Made by a program: the position numbers and the translations under genes. DNA of 23,509 nucleotides from a virus. Shown here piece by piece: positions 15,678 through 23,509 of the stretch; position 1 is the stretch's first letter, and each line of letters opens with the position of its first letter. The stretch is taken from the UHGV virus genome UHGV-1357133; one strand, 5' to 3'. The notes under the pieces were generated by a model. That model searched no databases. It was given only the letters and a program-made list of their open reading frames with translations, and was not told the DNA's origin.

Positions 15678-16061
15678 TTACGCCGGGGGTTGAGACTTTT
15701 CCCGCGCTTCGTCCGCGTTGTTGATCAGGTCAAGCGCCTGCTTGAGCAGGCGTGAATGGACGGGGCCGTAGATTTCACGCACCTGCTCTTCTTCGTCTAC
15801 GCTGAATACCGGTTGCTTATCGGTGTCGCACAGGACGTCAATGAAGAGCACCACGTCAGCGCAAAGATTACGGTGTGCCTTTTCCGATACCGACACATTT
15901 TCATCATCAGCACCCGCTTTCACCACTTCCTGCCAGCGCAGCCAGGCTTCACCTGATGGCTCACGGAGAACCACTTTGACGCCTTCCCACTCAGGAACGG
16001 CGACCGTCTTATGACGAAATCCCGACATCTTAGCCAGGGCGAGATTTTTAATATTCTTCAT
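15678..16061 (-). CDS. tail assembly chaperone (lambda G-like)
   Basis: 127-aa acidic protein directly upstream of the T frame and tape measure. Contains CGGGAAAAG near its 3' end, where the T frame opens. Confidence 0.55.
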   Translation of the reverse strand: MKNIKNLALAKMSGFRHKTVAVPEWEGVKVVLREPSGEAWLRWQEVVKAGADDENVSVSEKAHRNLCADVVLFIDVLCDTDKQPVFSVDEEEQVREIYGPVHSRLLKQALDLINNADEAREKSQPPA

Positions 16062-16069
16062 GCGACCTC

Positions 16070-16513
16070 TCAGGAGCCAGACTCGATGTTTTCAGGCTTA
16101 CCTTTCAGGCGCAGGGAGAACGTTGCCGCAACTACGCCGTTGGTACCGGAAGACCAGGTGTGCTGGCGGATTTCAGCCAGGAACTTAAAGCCCTTGCCGG
16201 ACGGGAAGATAACCTGGAAAGCGTAGGTCGTATCGTTGTCATACGCTTCACGCAAGGCGTCCTGCGCCGGGTTTTTGTAGAAGTTGCCGGACAGAGAGAT
16301 TTCTGACGGAGAAGGCAGGCCGTTGACGTTCTCCTGCTCGGTAGAGCAAAGCGTGGTTACGTTAATATCCTGCTTCTGGCCACCAGTGAACTGAATTTCT
16401 TTGATGGTGCAACTCAGATCGAGGAAGGTTGCGGTATCCATCGTTTCTTTGGTGGCTGGCAGGGAGGAAATAAGGATCTTCGTCAGCTGCGATTTTTCAT
16501 AAAGTGCAGACAT
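16070..16513 (-). CDS. major tail (tube) protein
   Basis: 147-aa ORF with AGGAGA Shine-Dalgarno, located between the tail completion gene and the G/T chaperones. Assigned by position and size. Confidence 0.6.
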   Translation of the reverse strand: MSALYEKSQLTKILISSLPATKETMDTATFLDLSCTIKEIQFTGGQKQDINVTTLCSTEQENVNGLPSPSEISLSGNFYKNPAQDALREAYDNDTTYAFQVIFPSGKGFKFLAEIRQHTWSSGTNGVVAATFSLRLKGKPENIESGS

Positions 16514-16520
16514 AGCTGTC

Positions 16521-16554
16521 TCCTGGAAAAAGAAAACCCGCCATCAGGCGGGTT
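16521..16554 (-). terminator. terminator-like stem-loop directly upstream of the major tail gene
   Basis: On the minus strand: 8-bp perfect stem AACCCGCC / GGCGGGTT (16535-16542 and 16547-16554), 4-nt loop, then TTTTCTTTTTCC (16521-16534) running into the major tail Shine-Dalgarno. Confidence 0.5.
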
Positions 16555-16572
16555 CGTTGGGTGAATTAATTG

Positions 16573-16920
16573 TCAGGGGGTAACTTTAAAATCCAGGGTG
16601 GCACGGTAGAGCCGATAATCTGGCTCGTACCCGGGGATTTTTACCACCTCTGTAGGGTTTAACTGCTTAAGCGATGCGAGCGCCAAATCTCTCAGGGATC
16701 GTGATTCAGTGATCGTTGTGGCATACACATCGACCTGAACGGAAACCCTGCTCTCTGCCTGGCCACACAGTACGTCAGCGGAAACATCATCGACGATGGA
16801 AAAGATAATCCAGGGTGGCGAGACAGACGGTTTTCCGTCACTACCTAATGGCGCAACGTAGGGATATACCCGCCCTTCTGCCAGGGGAGAAAGCAAAGCG
16901 TAGATATCATCTTCATTCAC
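16573..16920 (-). CDS. putative tail completion / tail terminator protein (DUF3168-like)
   Basis: 115-aa ORF with GTG start overlapping the stop of the gp10-like gene (GTGA). Position between gp10-like and major tail genes. Confidence 0.5.
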   Translation of the reverse strand: MNEDDIYALLSPLAEGRVYPYVAPLGSDGKPSVSPPWIIFSIVDDVSADVLCGQAESRVSVQVDVYATTITESRSLRDLALASLKQLNPTEVVKIPGYEPDYRLYRATLDFKVTP

Positions 16921-17376
16921 TTGCTCAACACCTCATCAATAGCCTGATTCATCCTAGCAATGGCGACGCTGGCGGCCTCTTCCTCGCGCGTATCGTAAGC
17001 GGGTCGCACAAAAGGATGCGCAGGCATGTTCGCAGTGCCAATCTCCACAAAGCGCCAGTAAAAGGCGTTTCTCGGGTTACTCGCCTTCATTGTGTTATCG
17101 CTGTTCCCGGTGCGCGGGTTAACACCACGAATATGGACGCCGGAANNNNNNNNNNNNNNNNNNNNNGCGGCGACGGCTTTTTTGGGTCACCACCACCACG
17201 TTTTTTTTCAGTTTCCCGGTACGCACGGGAGCGCGGGCGATCACTTCTTCCTTAAGCACTTCGGCTCCAGCGCGCGTTGCATCACGCAAAACCTTGTTGT
17301 TTTCGGCACGGCTCAGTAATTCCAGATCGCGGGATATCTCTTCAAGGCCAGAAAAATCAAGACTGATATCAATCAT
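16917..17376 (-). CDS. HK97 gp10-family protein, interrupted by an assembly gap
   Basis: N-terminal part MIDISLDFSGLEEISRDLELL... runs into the N run. My translation of the frame below the gap is open down to TGA at 16917-16919 (...FYWRFVEIGTANMPAHPFVRPAYDT...AIDEVLSK). True length depends on the real gap size. Confidence 0.6.
17146..17166. other. assembly gap (run of 21 N)
   Basis: Directly visible in the sequence. Confidence 0.99.
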
Positions 17377-17711
17377 TTTTCCGCTCCATTTTTACAGAGT
17401 ATTTCCAGCCTGGTGGCTTTACTGTCTGGTATGGGGGGGCCGATGATATTCAGTACCGCGCCTTTAAATGGTCCTGTGAGCACCTTTAATCTTGACGCAG
17501 CAGTCACATCACGCCGGAAACGGACCCACACCCGGATCGTTGCCTGCGCCGTTTCCGCACCCGATTGCAACTGCTCCCTGCCGCTGATACCCAATACTTC
17601 CGCCCATATGGTCTTTCCCTCCTGCCACTCTTCAACCGGCTGGCCTGTCGTATCACGAAAAGAAGTAAAGTTCAGGATAGTAACGCGATGGCGTAATCGA
17701 CCTGCCTGCAT
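17373..17711 (-). CDS. head-tail adaptor / head closure protein
   Basis: 112-aa ORF with AGGAGG Shine-Dalgarno and ATGA overlap with the next gene. Position after the connector gene in an HK97-type order. Confidence 0.65.
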   Translation of the reverse strand: MQAGRLRHRVTILNFTSFRDTTGQPVEEWQEGKTIWAEVLGISGREQLQSGAETAQATIRVWVRFRRDVTAASRLKVLTGPFKGAVLNIIGPPIPDSKATRLEILCKNGAEK

Positions 17712-17719
17712 AATACCTC

Positions 17720-18040
17720 CTACGTTCCCGGTCTTTTGCGGTGCTGTTTGAGAATCGCCTCAACACCGAATGGAATAGTATTGACGCTGTCGTGACTTAC
17801 TGGCTCTCTGTTCTCATACCAGTGCGATACCAGCAACATCAGGGCCAGCTTGACATCGTCATCAATTACCAGTCCATCCGGGTCATCTTCCGGAACAGCG
17901 TCATCATAAAGATGGCGATTAACAATTTTTTCGGCATGTTTCAGAGAGGCATTAAGGTACAGTTCCAGCATTACATCTTCGGCATCGTCATCACTGTCGA
18001 TGCGGCATTGGTAGCGAAGCTCTTGTATGGATGGCTTCAT
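17720..18040 (-). CDS. head-tail connector protein (gp6-like)
   Basis: 106-aa acidic protein downstream of the major capsid gene, start/stop coupled to neighbours. Assigned by position and size. Confidence 0.65.
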   Translation of the reverse strand: MKPSIQELRYQCRIDSDDDAEDVMLELYLNASLKHAEKIVNRHLYDDAVPEDDPDGLVIDDDVKLALMLLVSHWYENREPVSHDSVNTIPFGVEAILKQHRKRPGT

Positions 18041-18255
18041 TTTGTTTTCCCGCGTTTTGTTACCGCTGGCTCTGGCTCTGGCTCTGGCTCTGCAGGAACA
18101 TGATCATCGCCATCACCAAATTTGATAATACCGAGTTCGGTAGCAATTTCCTCAGCGCGGGCAGGTAGCTCACCGTCCGAATACACCCCAGCGGGAATGG
18201 ATTCGACAATACAACCATCTGGGGACCACTTAAGTTCACGCAATAATTCAGGCAT
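18037..18255 (-). CDS. hypothetical 72-aa protein with (Glu-Pro) repeat and basic C-terminus
   Basis: ATG preceded by GAGGTGA, located between major capsid and connector genes. Contains PAEPEPEPEPAV encoded by a hexanucleotide repeat. Confidence 0.55.
   Translation of the reverse strand: MPELLRELKWSPDGCIVESIPAGVYSDGELPARAEEIATELGIIKFGDGDDHVPAEPEPEPEPAVTKRGKTK
18065..18088. repeat. tandem hexanucleotide repeat (CTGGCT)x4, encoding EPEPEPEP on the minus strand
   Basis: Four perfect tandem copies read directly. In frame, so copy-number change would alter linker length without frameshifting. Confidence 0.9.
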
Positions 18256-18261
18256 AAATCA

Positions 18262-18287
18262 CCTCGAAAAATCGGGGCCGAAGCCCC
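18262..18287 (-). terminator. terminator-like hairpin downstream of the major capsid gene
   Basis: On the minus strand: stem GGGGC / GCCCC (18274-18278 and 18283-18287) with a 4-nt loop, followed by ATTTTTC, then the Shine-Dalgarno of the next gene. Confidence 0.45.
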
Positions 18288-18293
18288 AGAGAA

Positions 18294-19502
18294 TTAAGCG
18301 CCAGTGCCGATCTGCAGCAGTTTAATGGCCTGAGAATCCACCAGCATCCCCCCGGTTCGTTTGGTGGTGTAGAAACCAACAAATGGTTTTTTGGTGTAGG
18401 GGTCACGAAGAATACGGGTCCCGATGCGGTCAACAATGGTGTAACCACGCTTGAAATTGCCAAATGCTATTGCTTTAGCATCAGCAGCGATATCCGGCAT
18501 CTGTTCGTTCTCTGCCACACCGTACCCGGCCAGAGAGGAAGGCTGACCAAGTTCCAGACCAGGACGCCACAGGTAGTTGCCTTCTGAATCTTTCAGGATT
18601 CGGATAGCAAACAGACTGTTATTGTTCATCATGAACTTAGCGCCATTACGATGCACTTTACGCAGCGTGTAGACCAGTTTGATGATCGCATCAGCCGTTA
18701 CGCCTGCCGCAGCGCCAGAGAGAATGTGCTGGAGAGTACCAAATGCACGAGTCTTGTCCGGATCAAGCGTGGAAGCGTATGCCAGAAAACCTTTCGGCTT
18801 CTTCGTCCCGTTACCGCTGGTAAAGGCGATTTCTTCCTGCTCTGCAAACTCAATTGCCAGTTCGCTGTTGATCCAGTCTTCGACATTGAAAAAGGCATCA
18901 TCCAGCATGGTTTGAGTCGCCTGCGGGTTACCGTAAATTTCTCCCATGAACGGCTCAATCTGACCGAGTTTAGACGCATCGGTTTCCGGGCGGGCATCAG
19001 TTTCACCAACCCAGCCGGAAGCCGTACCGCCGAGGTTAACCAGTTTTTTATAGTTAGCACCGCCGACTGTGATGGTTGTCGCCTCCTGGCGCATCACCAC
19101 TTCATCTTTCAGAAGATTAAGGATCGTGCGATCCAGCTCTTCCGGCACGGCATAGCCACCATCTTCATCCACACCGACCTGCAGAGCTTTGCGTTCAAGT
19201 TCGCGCAGCCCGTCATCTTTACCCTTACGCATAAAGCCAATGAAAGCGGTTTTATGTTCGCTTGCGGCTTTGCTCTGAGGACCACCGGCTGGACGTTTAA
19301 CCTGCTTCAGTTCCTCTTCCAGCGCAGATTTAAGCTCATCCAGTTCAGACAACTTGCCGTTTAAGGTTTCAACCTCCCCCGCCAGCTTGCCCTTTTCCTG
19401 TTCAACTGCTTCCAGGCGCTTATCGTTCTTTTCTTTGAACGCATCAAACTTCGCCTGCAGTTCCTGCGCGACCTGCTCTACGTCTTTAACGTCAACTGAC
19501 AT
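18294..19502 (-). CDS. major capsid protein, HK97 family
   Basis: 402 aa with an N-terminal coiled-coil delta-domain-like region (...KLSELDELKSALEEELKQ...) followed by a capsid body. Position after the prohead protease. Confidence 0.9.
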   Translation of the reverse strand: MSVDVKDVEQVAQELQAKFDAFKEKNDKRLEAVEQEKGKLAGEVETLNGKLSELDELKSALEEELKQVKRPAGGPQSKAASEHKTAFIGFMRKGKDDGLRELERKALQVGVDEDGGYAVPEELDRTILNLLKDEVVMRQEATTITVGGANYKKLVNLGGTASGWVGETDARPETDASKLGQIEPFMGEIYGNPQATQTMLDDAFFNVEDWINSELAIEFAEQEEIAFTSGNGTKKPKGFLAYASTLDPDKTRAFGTLQHILSGAAAGVTADAIIKLVYTLRKVHRNGAKFMMNNNSLFAIRILKDSEGNYLWRPGLELGQPSSLAGYGVAENEQMPDIAADAKAIAFGNFKRGYTIVDRIGTRILRDPYTKKPFVGFYTTKRTGGMLVDSQAIKLLQIGTGA

Positions 19503-19515
19503 AATTAACTCCTGA

Positions 19516-20169
19516 TTAAAATTTGATGTTTTTCAGTGCATCCAGTGCGGTACTCACTTCATCAACATCACGCTGTGAAAGTGAGCCATAACCCCCGGCC
19601 ATGAATGCTTTAGCCTGGGTGCGTGAGAGCCCAACATCGCGCAGGACTCGTTCAATACTTTTTTGAGAAGGGATTTCTCCGCGGGAAAATGCGCTTTTGA
19701 CATCACTTACCCGCGCTTCATCGTTCGACGGAAACGTTACGAGACTGACTTCCCACAGGTCGATCTCTTTGAGAAGGAACACGCCCTTAACACGGTCGTA
19801 CTCCCAGTCTTTCAGCATGTAACCAATAGAAAGGCCGGTTAAAGAACCGGCCTTCATGTGGGCGTGTGCGCGTTTCGAAAGGGGATCGTCATCAATGAGT
19901 AACCGGCCTTTAACATAAAGGCCAACCTCATCTTCTTTCATCTCAGTGTAAATACCGATGGGTTCATCCATACGGTGCTGCCAGAGTAATGCAGGGAGAG
20001 CATTCTTTTCTTTCCATGCCTGAAGGGAGGCCGAAAAAGCGCCTGGCACAACAACATCATCGTAGCTGTCCTTTACGCCAAAAACAGAGCCATAGCCTTC
20101 AAACTCCCCGCTGTCGCTGACAGACTTTAGCTGTAGCGGAATATCCAGCCGCTGTTTAGTCATCGGCAT
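19516..20169 (-). CDS. prohead maturation protease, HK97 family
   Basis: 217 aa. N-terminal motif FEGYGSVFGVKDSYDDVVVPGAF is typical of HK97-type prohead proteases. Overlaps the portal gene 3' end. Confidence 0.9.
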   Translation of the reverse strand: MPMTKQRLDIPLQLKSVSDSGEFEGYGSVFGVKDSYDDVVVPGAFSASLQAWKEKNALPALLWQHRMDEPIGIYTEMKEDEVGLYVKGRLLIDDDPLSKRAHAHMKAGSLTGLSIGYMLKDWEYDRVKGVFLLKEIDLWEVSLVTFPSNDEARVSDVKSAFSRGEIPSQKSIERVLRDVGLSRTQAKAFMAGGYGSLSQRDVDEVSTALDALKNIKF

Positions 20170-21385
20170 TATGTTGTTCCTCGGTTGTTTTGTTCTTGCT
20201 GCTGTCTGACGGCTTCGTCGTCATGTTCATTGGCGTAAGGTAAATATCTCCTCCTGCGCGTGGGTTAAGTTCTTCAAGCTCCCGGCAGTCATTTGGTGAG
20301 TAAATCCCCCAGTTAATGCCTGTTGAATACGCCTCAAATCGCGACTTCATATCCCCGCGCAGCAATGCGCCGGCATTGAATTTTGCGTAGTACACACCCT
20401 GCTTTGATTCCTTCACCAGCCCGATGTTGATTCGCTGCTCAATGCGGGTCATGTACGGAACGAGTGAATAATTGATAAACCCCATGCCGAGGTTTTCAAT
20501 ATTGTTAAACGTCGAGCGGTCAGTGTTCTGCACCATATGCATCGGCACCCGGAACAGGCGGCATATTTCCTCCAGCTGGAATTTCCTGGTCTCAAGGAAC
20601 TGACTGTCTTCCGCATTGAGCGCCATCGACTTCCAGTCCAGTCCCATTTCTAGAATCATTGGTCGGTGCGCGTTGCTCAGCCCGAGGTGACGGTCCTCAA
20701 AATCCTTTTTCAGCCTTGCGTAAGCAGCATCAGTGAGCGTTTGCTCAGTGCGGAGTACGCCGGAGGTAACCGCGCCATTTGAGAACAACCGCGCCCCATG
20801 TTCCTCTGTTGCCATTCCCAGAGATATTGCTTCTCTTGCATAGGCTATAGGGTTCAGTCCCACCAGCCCGTCAAAGGTAAGCGTCCTGACATGCCAGATA
20901 TCATCCTGCCCAAGCACGTCTGTTGAGCCATCGGGGAATGTTACCTGGTAAACCGGTTGCCACTGGCTGTTAAGCTTTGGTTCAACACACCCTGGGTCAA
21001 TGGGAAGAAGCTCCACCACCTCGCCAAGCGCTTTAACTTTGTAGGCGTAAAAATTACCGCGAAGACAAAGACAGACAATGACCAGTTCCCAGAACTCCTG
21101 AGGGGTCATGTAATCATTTGGCTTCATCGTCAGTAATTTATGCAGCCTTTCGGAAGTCGCTTTTTGTTTACTGTTTCCGGTTATCTTGTACAGGTTACAG
21201 GGCAGCATACCCATCGACTCAGCAAGAACCCTGATACAACCGAAAACTGCTGTAAGCCGCATGGCTTTCTGGCTGCTTACCCTTTTCCCTGTATAGGTGT
21301 CGTAAGTCATTCCCACTGCTTCAGCGAGTTCTGCCGGAGTAGTGACAGGGGCGTCACTTTTTTTGAACATTCCGGGGAAAAACAT
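20156..21385 (-). CDS. portal protein, HK97 family
   Basis: 409-aa ORF between the terminase-side genes and the protease. Size and order fit an HK97-type portal. Confidence 0.85.
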   Translation of the reverse strand: MFFPGMFKKSDAPVTTPAELAEAVGMTYDTYTGKRVSSQKAMRLTAVFGCIRVLAESMGMLPCNLYKITGNSKQKATSERLHKLLTMKPNDYMTPQEFWELVIVCLCLRGNFYAYKVKALGEVVELLPIDPGCVEPKLNSQWQPVYQVTFPDGSTDVLGQDDIWHVRTLTFDGLVGLNPIAYAREAISLGMATEEHGARLFSNGAVTSGVLRTEQTLTDAAYARLKKDFEDRHLGLSNAHRPMILEMGLDWKSMALNAEDSQFLETRKFQLEEICRLFRVPMHMVQNTDRSTFNNIENLGMGFINYSLVPYMTRIEQRINIGLVKESKQGVYYAKFNAGALLRGDMKSRFEAYSTGINWGIYSPNDCRELEELNPRAGGDIYLTPMNMTTKPSDSSKNKTTEEQHNADD

Positions 21386-21570
21386 CAGTCAGTCCCTCCT
21401 CGCAATGTTTTCCCGGCCAGCGAAAGCGTGCGGGAAACCAGCCATGACCAGATAAGGCAAAGCATACCCGCACTGATTAAGCCTCCAGGCGGATAAATCA
21501 TCCATACACCAAACGAAAGCAAAATAGCGCCCATCACCCCGATCAGTGGGGCGAGAATCATCAGGATCAT
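21385..21570 (-). CDS. hypothetical small membrane protein (two predicted TM helices)
   Basis: 61-aa ORF with AAGAGG Shine-Dalgarno, coupled to the portal start (TGATG overlap). Hydrophobic throughout. Composition resembles the flanking genes. Confidence 0.5.
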   Translation of the reverse strand: MILMILAPLIGVMGAILLSFGVWMIYPPGGLISAGMLCLIWSWLVSRTLSLAGKTLRGGTD

Positions 21571-21580
21571 AACTGCCTCT

Positions 21581-23338
21581 TTATAATGAACGGACGCCGT
21601 AACTTTCCAGATGGTCAGAGAGGCTGTCCTGTTGTTCGCCGCCGTTTACAAGCATGCGGCTCATTGCGGTAAACAAGGCGGCAGGCCCGTCTATTTTCGC
21701 TTCTGGCGTGGATTTGTTCGGAAAGATATTGTCGTTTTTGTCAGGCTTGACGGTGACGTTAGACATCATCCAGTTCATAACCGGATGATTGCTGTGATGA
21801 AAACGCCCACCATAAACCAGAGACTCCACTTCTTTCATTGACTCAGAAAAGTTTCTGACCGTTTGCGGAACCTCTACCAGCGGCACACCCTCTTCTGCCA
21901 GAGCCAGGCTAAACTGCGTTGCGCTCCAGGGGTCAAACCCGGTTTCCTTCAGGTTTTCGCCGCTAATCCATTCCAGAAAATCAGCTTTAATCTGCGCATG
22001 ATCGATAACATCACCATCGGTCAGTTCCAGCTTTCCAAGCTCGGCCCATTTGCGATACATCTGCGCCATTTGAGCGGAACATTTTTCCAGCCGCCCTTCG
22101 GGTAACCAGAATTTAAAGTCTGCATGCGCGTGGCCGTTGTCTGCCCGCCAGAGTTTTACTGCTGCGCAAATATCAATCTTGTGGGCCAGATCCACGCCAG
22201 CCCACATCGGGTAGGTTTTCAGCTCATGACGGGGGGCTATAAACTCACAGTTTTCCCACTTAATCATGTCCATCCAGGCTGACTCTGCCGTCACCCAGAT
22301 ATTCATGTGTTTGGTAAAAAAGTTAACCCTGGCGGAAACCTGTTCTTTGGCCTTCTTAGCCAGGCGGCGAAGATCATCCCAGCGCTTACAGATACCAAGC
22401 CCAGGGTTAGCCTTTTGCCAGACCGTTTCATCAAACGGATCATCATCCTTATCCAGGGTGAAGATGATGGCGAAAAAGGTATCGTCTTTTACCGCGCCTT
22501 CCACTTCGCTGTTATAACCACGCAGCACCTTAATGGCATAATCGCGCAGCTCGTAACAAATACCTTCTTTGTTAAAACCCGCTGTCGTCATGCCAAACAG
22601 AAGGGACTGCAATCGTGCGCCGGTTGCAGTCTCCAGAACGTCCCAGACATCACGGGTTTTATGCGCATGAAGTTCGTCGACGATGCCACAATGGATATTG
22701 AGACCATCCAGATTGTTGGCATCAGAAGAAAGCGGTTCAAACTTGGATGCTGTCTGCTCCTGGTAGATCGCCAGTTTATTGAATTCAAACAGTCGCCCCA
22801 GTGTGGGTTTCGCTTTTTTAACCATGTTTTTCGCATCTTCAAAAACGATGCGAGCCTGATCCCGCGTTGTCGCTGCGGAATAAACCTCTGCCCCGCCCTC
22901 ACCATCGGCGCCAGCCATATAGAGACCAACGCCAGAGGATAATGTCGACTTGGCGTTTTTACGGGCTACCTCGTTATATGCCGTGCGAAACCTGCGGACC
23001 ATCACAGGACGGCCACTGCCATCATTACGCAACACAACTTCGCCTGTTTCTTCATTTACCAGGGGGATAACAAAACCGAAGATGTTGATAAGAATGAAAA
23101 CATGCCAGTCCATCAGCTCAATCGGCTGGCCTGCCAGTGCTCCTTTAACATGAGGCACGAATTTATAGAAGTTGAGGATGTGCTGTGCGCGGGGCTCGCT
23201 GAAATAGATACCACGTTCTTCACCGTACTTCAGATCATCAAGAAAACGCTGGCAGGCGAGACGGACAAATTCACAAGTGATAACTTCACCGGCAACGACG
23301 CGTTCGGCGTAACGTATCCCATCGGAAACTTTAGCCAT
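21581..23338 (-). CDS. terminase large subunit
   Basis: 585 aa with an N-terminal ATPase-like region and a C-terminal nuclease-like region (...DELHAHKTRDVWDVLETATGAR...). GAGGGA Shine-Dalgarno upstream. First large gene of the late operon. Confidence 0.9.
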   Translation of the reverse strand: MAKVSDGIRYAERVVAGEVITCEFVRLACQRFLDDLKYGEERGIYFSEPRAQHILNFYKFVPHVKGALAGQPIELMDWHVFILINIFGFVIPLVNEETGEVVLRNDGSGRPVMVRRFRTAYNEVARKNAKSTLSSGVGLYMAGADGEGGAEVYSAATTRDQARIVFEDAKNMVKKAKPTLGRLFEFNKLAIYQEQTASKFEPLSSDANNLDGLNIHCGIVDELHAHKTRDVWDVLETATGARLQSLLFGMTTAGFNKEGICYELRDYAIKVLRGYNSEVEGAVKDDTFFAIIFTLDKDDDPFDETVWQKANPGLGICKRWDDLRRLAKKAKEQVSARVNFFTKHMNIWVTAESAWMDMIKWENCEFIAPRHELKTYPMWAGVDLAHKIDICAAVKLWRADNGHAHADFKFWLPEGRLEKCSAQMAQMYRKWAELGKLELTDGDVIDHAQIKADFLEWISGENLKETGFDPWSATQFSLALAEEGVPLVEVPQTVRNFSESMKEVESLVYGGRFHHSNHPVMNWMMSNVTVKPDKNDNIFPNKSTPEAKIDGPAALFTAMSRMLVNGGEQQDSLSDHLESYGVRSL

Positions 23339-23509
23339 TAGTCCCTCGCTTTCATAAATTCAGCAATAAGATCAACTTCGCCCGGAGTTTTTGTACTTAC
23401 TTTCGATCGACTGGCAGGCGTCATTCCGAACTCACCAAGCATGGCTCGCAGCCTTTTCCAGGCGTCGGCTTTCATAATTGCTGCCGGATGTGCCTTTATC
23501 ATGACGTCA
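23338..23509 (-). CDS. terminase small subunit, C-terminal fragment (P27-like, truncated by window edge)
   Basis: Minus-strand frame open from the window edge to TAA at 23338-23340, which overlaps the large-subunit ATG (TAATG). My translation ends ...GEFGMTPASRSKVSTKTPGEVDLIAEFMKARD, resembling small-terminase C-termini. Confidence 0.5.
   Translation of the reverse strand, partial: DVMIKAHPAAIMKADAWKRLRAMLGEFGMTPASRSKVSTKTPGEVDLIAEFMKARD

Noticed and set aside
15348-15755. Overlapping ORFs (80 aa minus, 114 aa and 61 aa plus) in the G/T region
   Set aside because: The T-domain frame explains the coding signal; the others are alternative frames or antisense with Arg/Ser-rich low-complexity products.
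16815-17319. Plus-strand ORFs of 146 aa and 75 aa crossing the N gap
   Set aside because: Contain translated N positions and are antisense to the gp10-like gene; artefacts of the gap.
18651-19364. 237-aa plus-strand ORF, plus smaller plus- and minus-strand ORFs, inside the major capsid gene
   Set aside because: Lies entirely antisense or out of frame within a well-supported HK97-type capsid gene; no Shine-Dalgarno; typical long antisense ORF in GC-rich coding DNA.
22307-22942. 211-aa plus-strand ORF and several shorter ORFs overlapping the terminase large subunit gene
   Set aside because: Antisense to a confidently identified terminase gene; no ribosome-binding site; low-complexity product.
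1-23509. CRISPR arrays, rRNA genes, IS elements/transposases
   Set aside because: No regularly spaced direct repeats, no rRNA-like conserved stretches, and no transposase-like ORF with terminal inverted repeats were seen; the only tandem repeat is the in-frame hexamer at 18065-18088.

Overview
This window reads as a temperate siphovirus (prophage or phage contig) of the HK97 structural type, probably from an enterobacterial host. All calls are from reading the sequence and ORF track; no searches were run, so family names are from memory. The minus strand carries a tightly packed, largely translationally coupled late operon running right to left: terminase small subunit (partial), terminase large subunit, a small membrane protein, portal, prohead protease, major capsid, head-tail connector/adaptor proteins, HK97 gp10-like protein (broken by a run of N), tail completion, major tail, chaperones G and T, tape measure, three distal-tail proteins including an NlpC/P60 peptidase, host-specificity protein J, a 319-aa tail protein and a tail fibre with a C-terminal chaperone domain. 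The left 4 kb is an integration/accessory region: a DUF550-like gene, an AlpA-family excisionase-like gene, a P4-like tyrosine integrase and a LexA-box-controlled dinI homolog. Four visibly AT-rich insertions interrupt this backbone: (1) a three-gene operon between integrase and alpA (291-aa soluble protein plus two small membrane proteins), which I rank as the best candidate for an undescribed defence/exclusion system; (2) two convergent, overlapping small genes with similar N-termini between tape measure and distal tail genes; (3) a 62-aa membrane-protein gene with its own RBS and terminator between G-T and tape measure; (4) dinI. No tRNA, rRNA or CRISPR array was seen.
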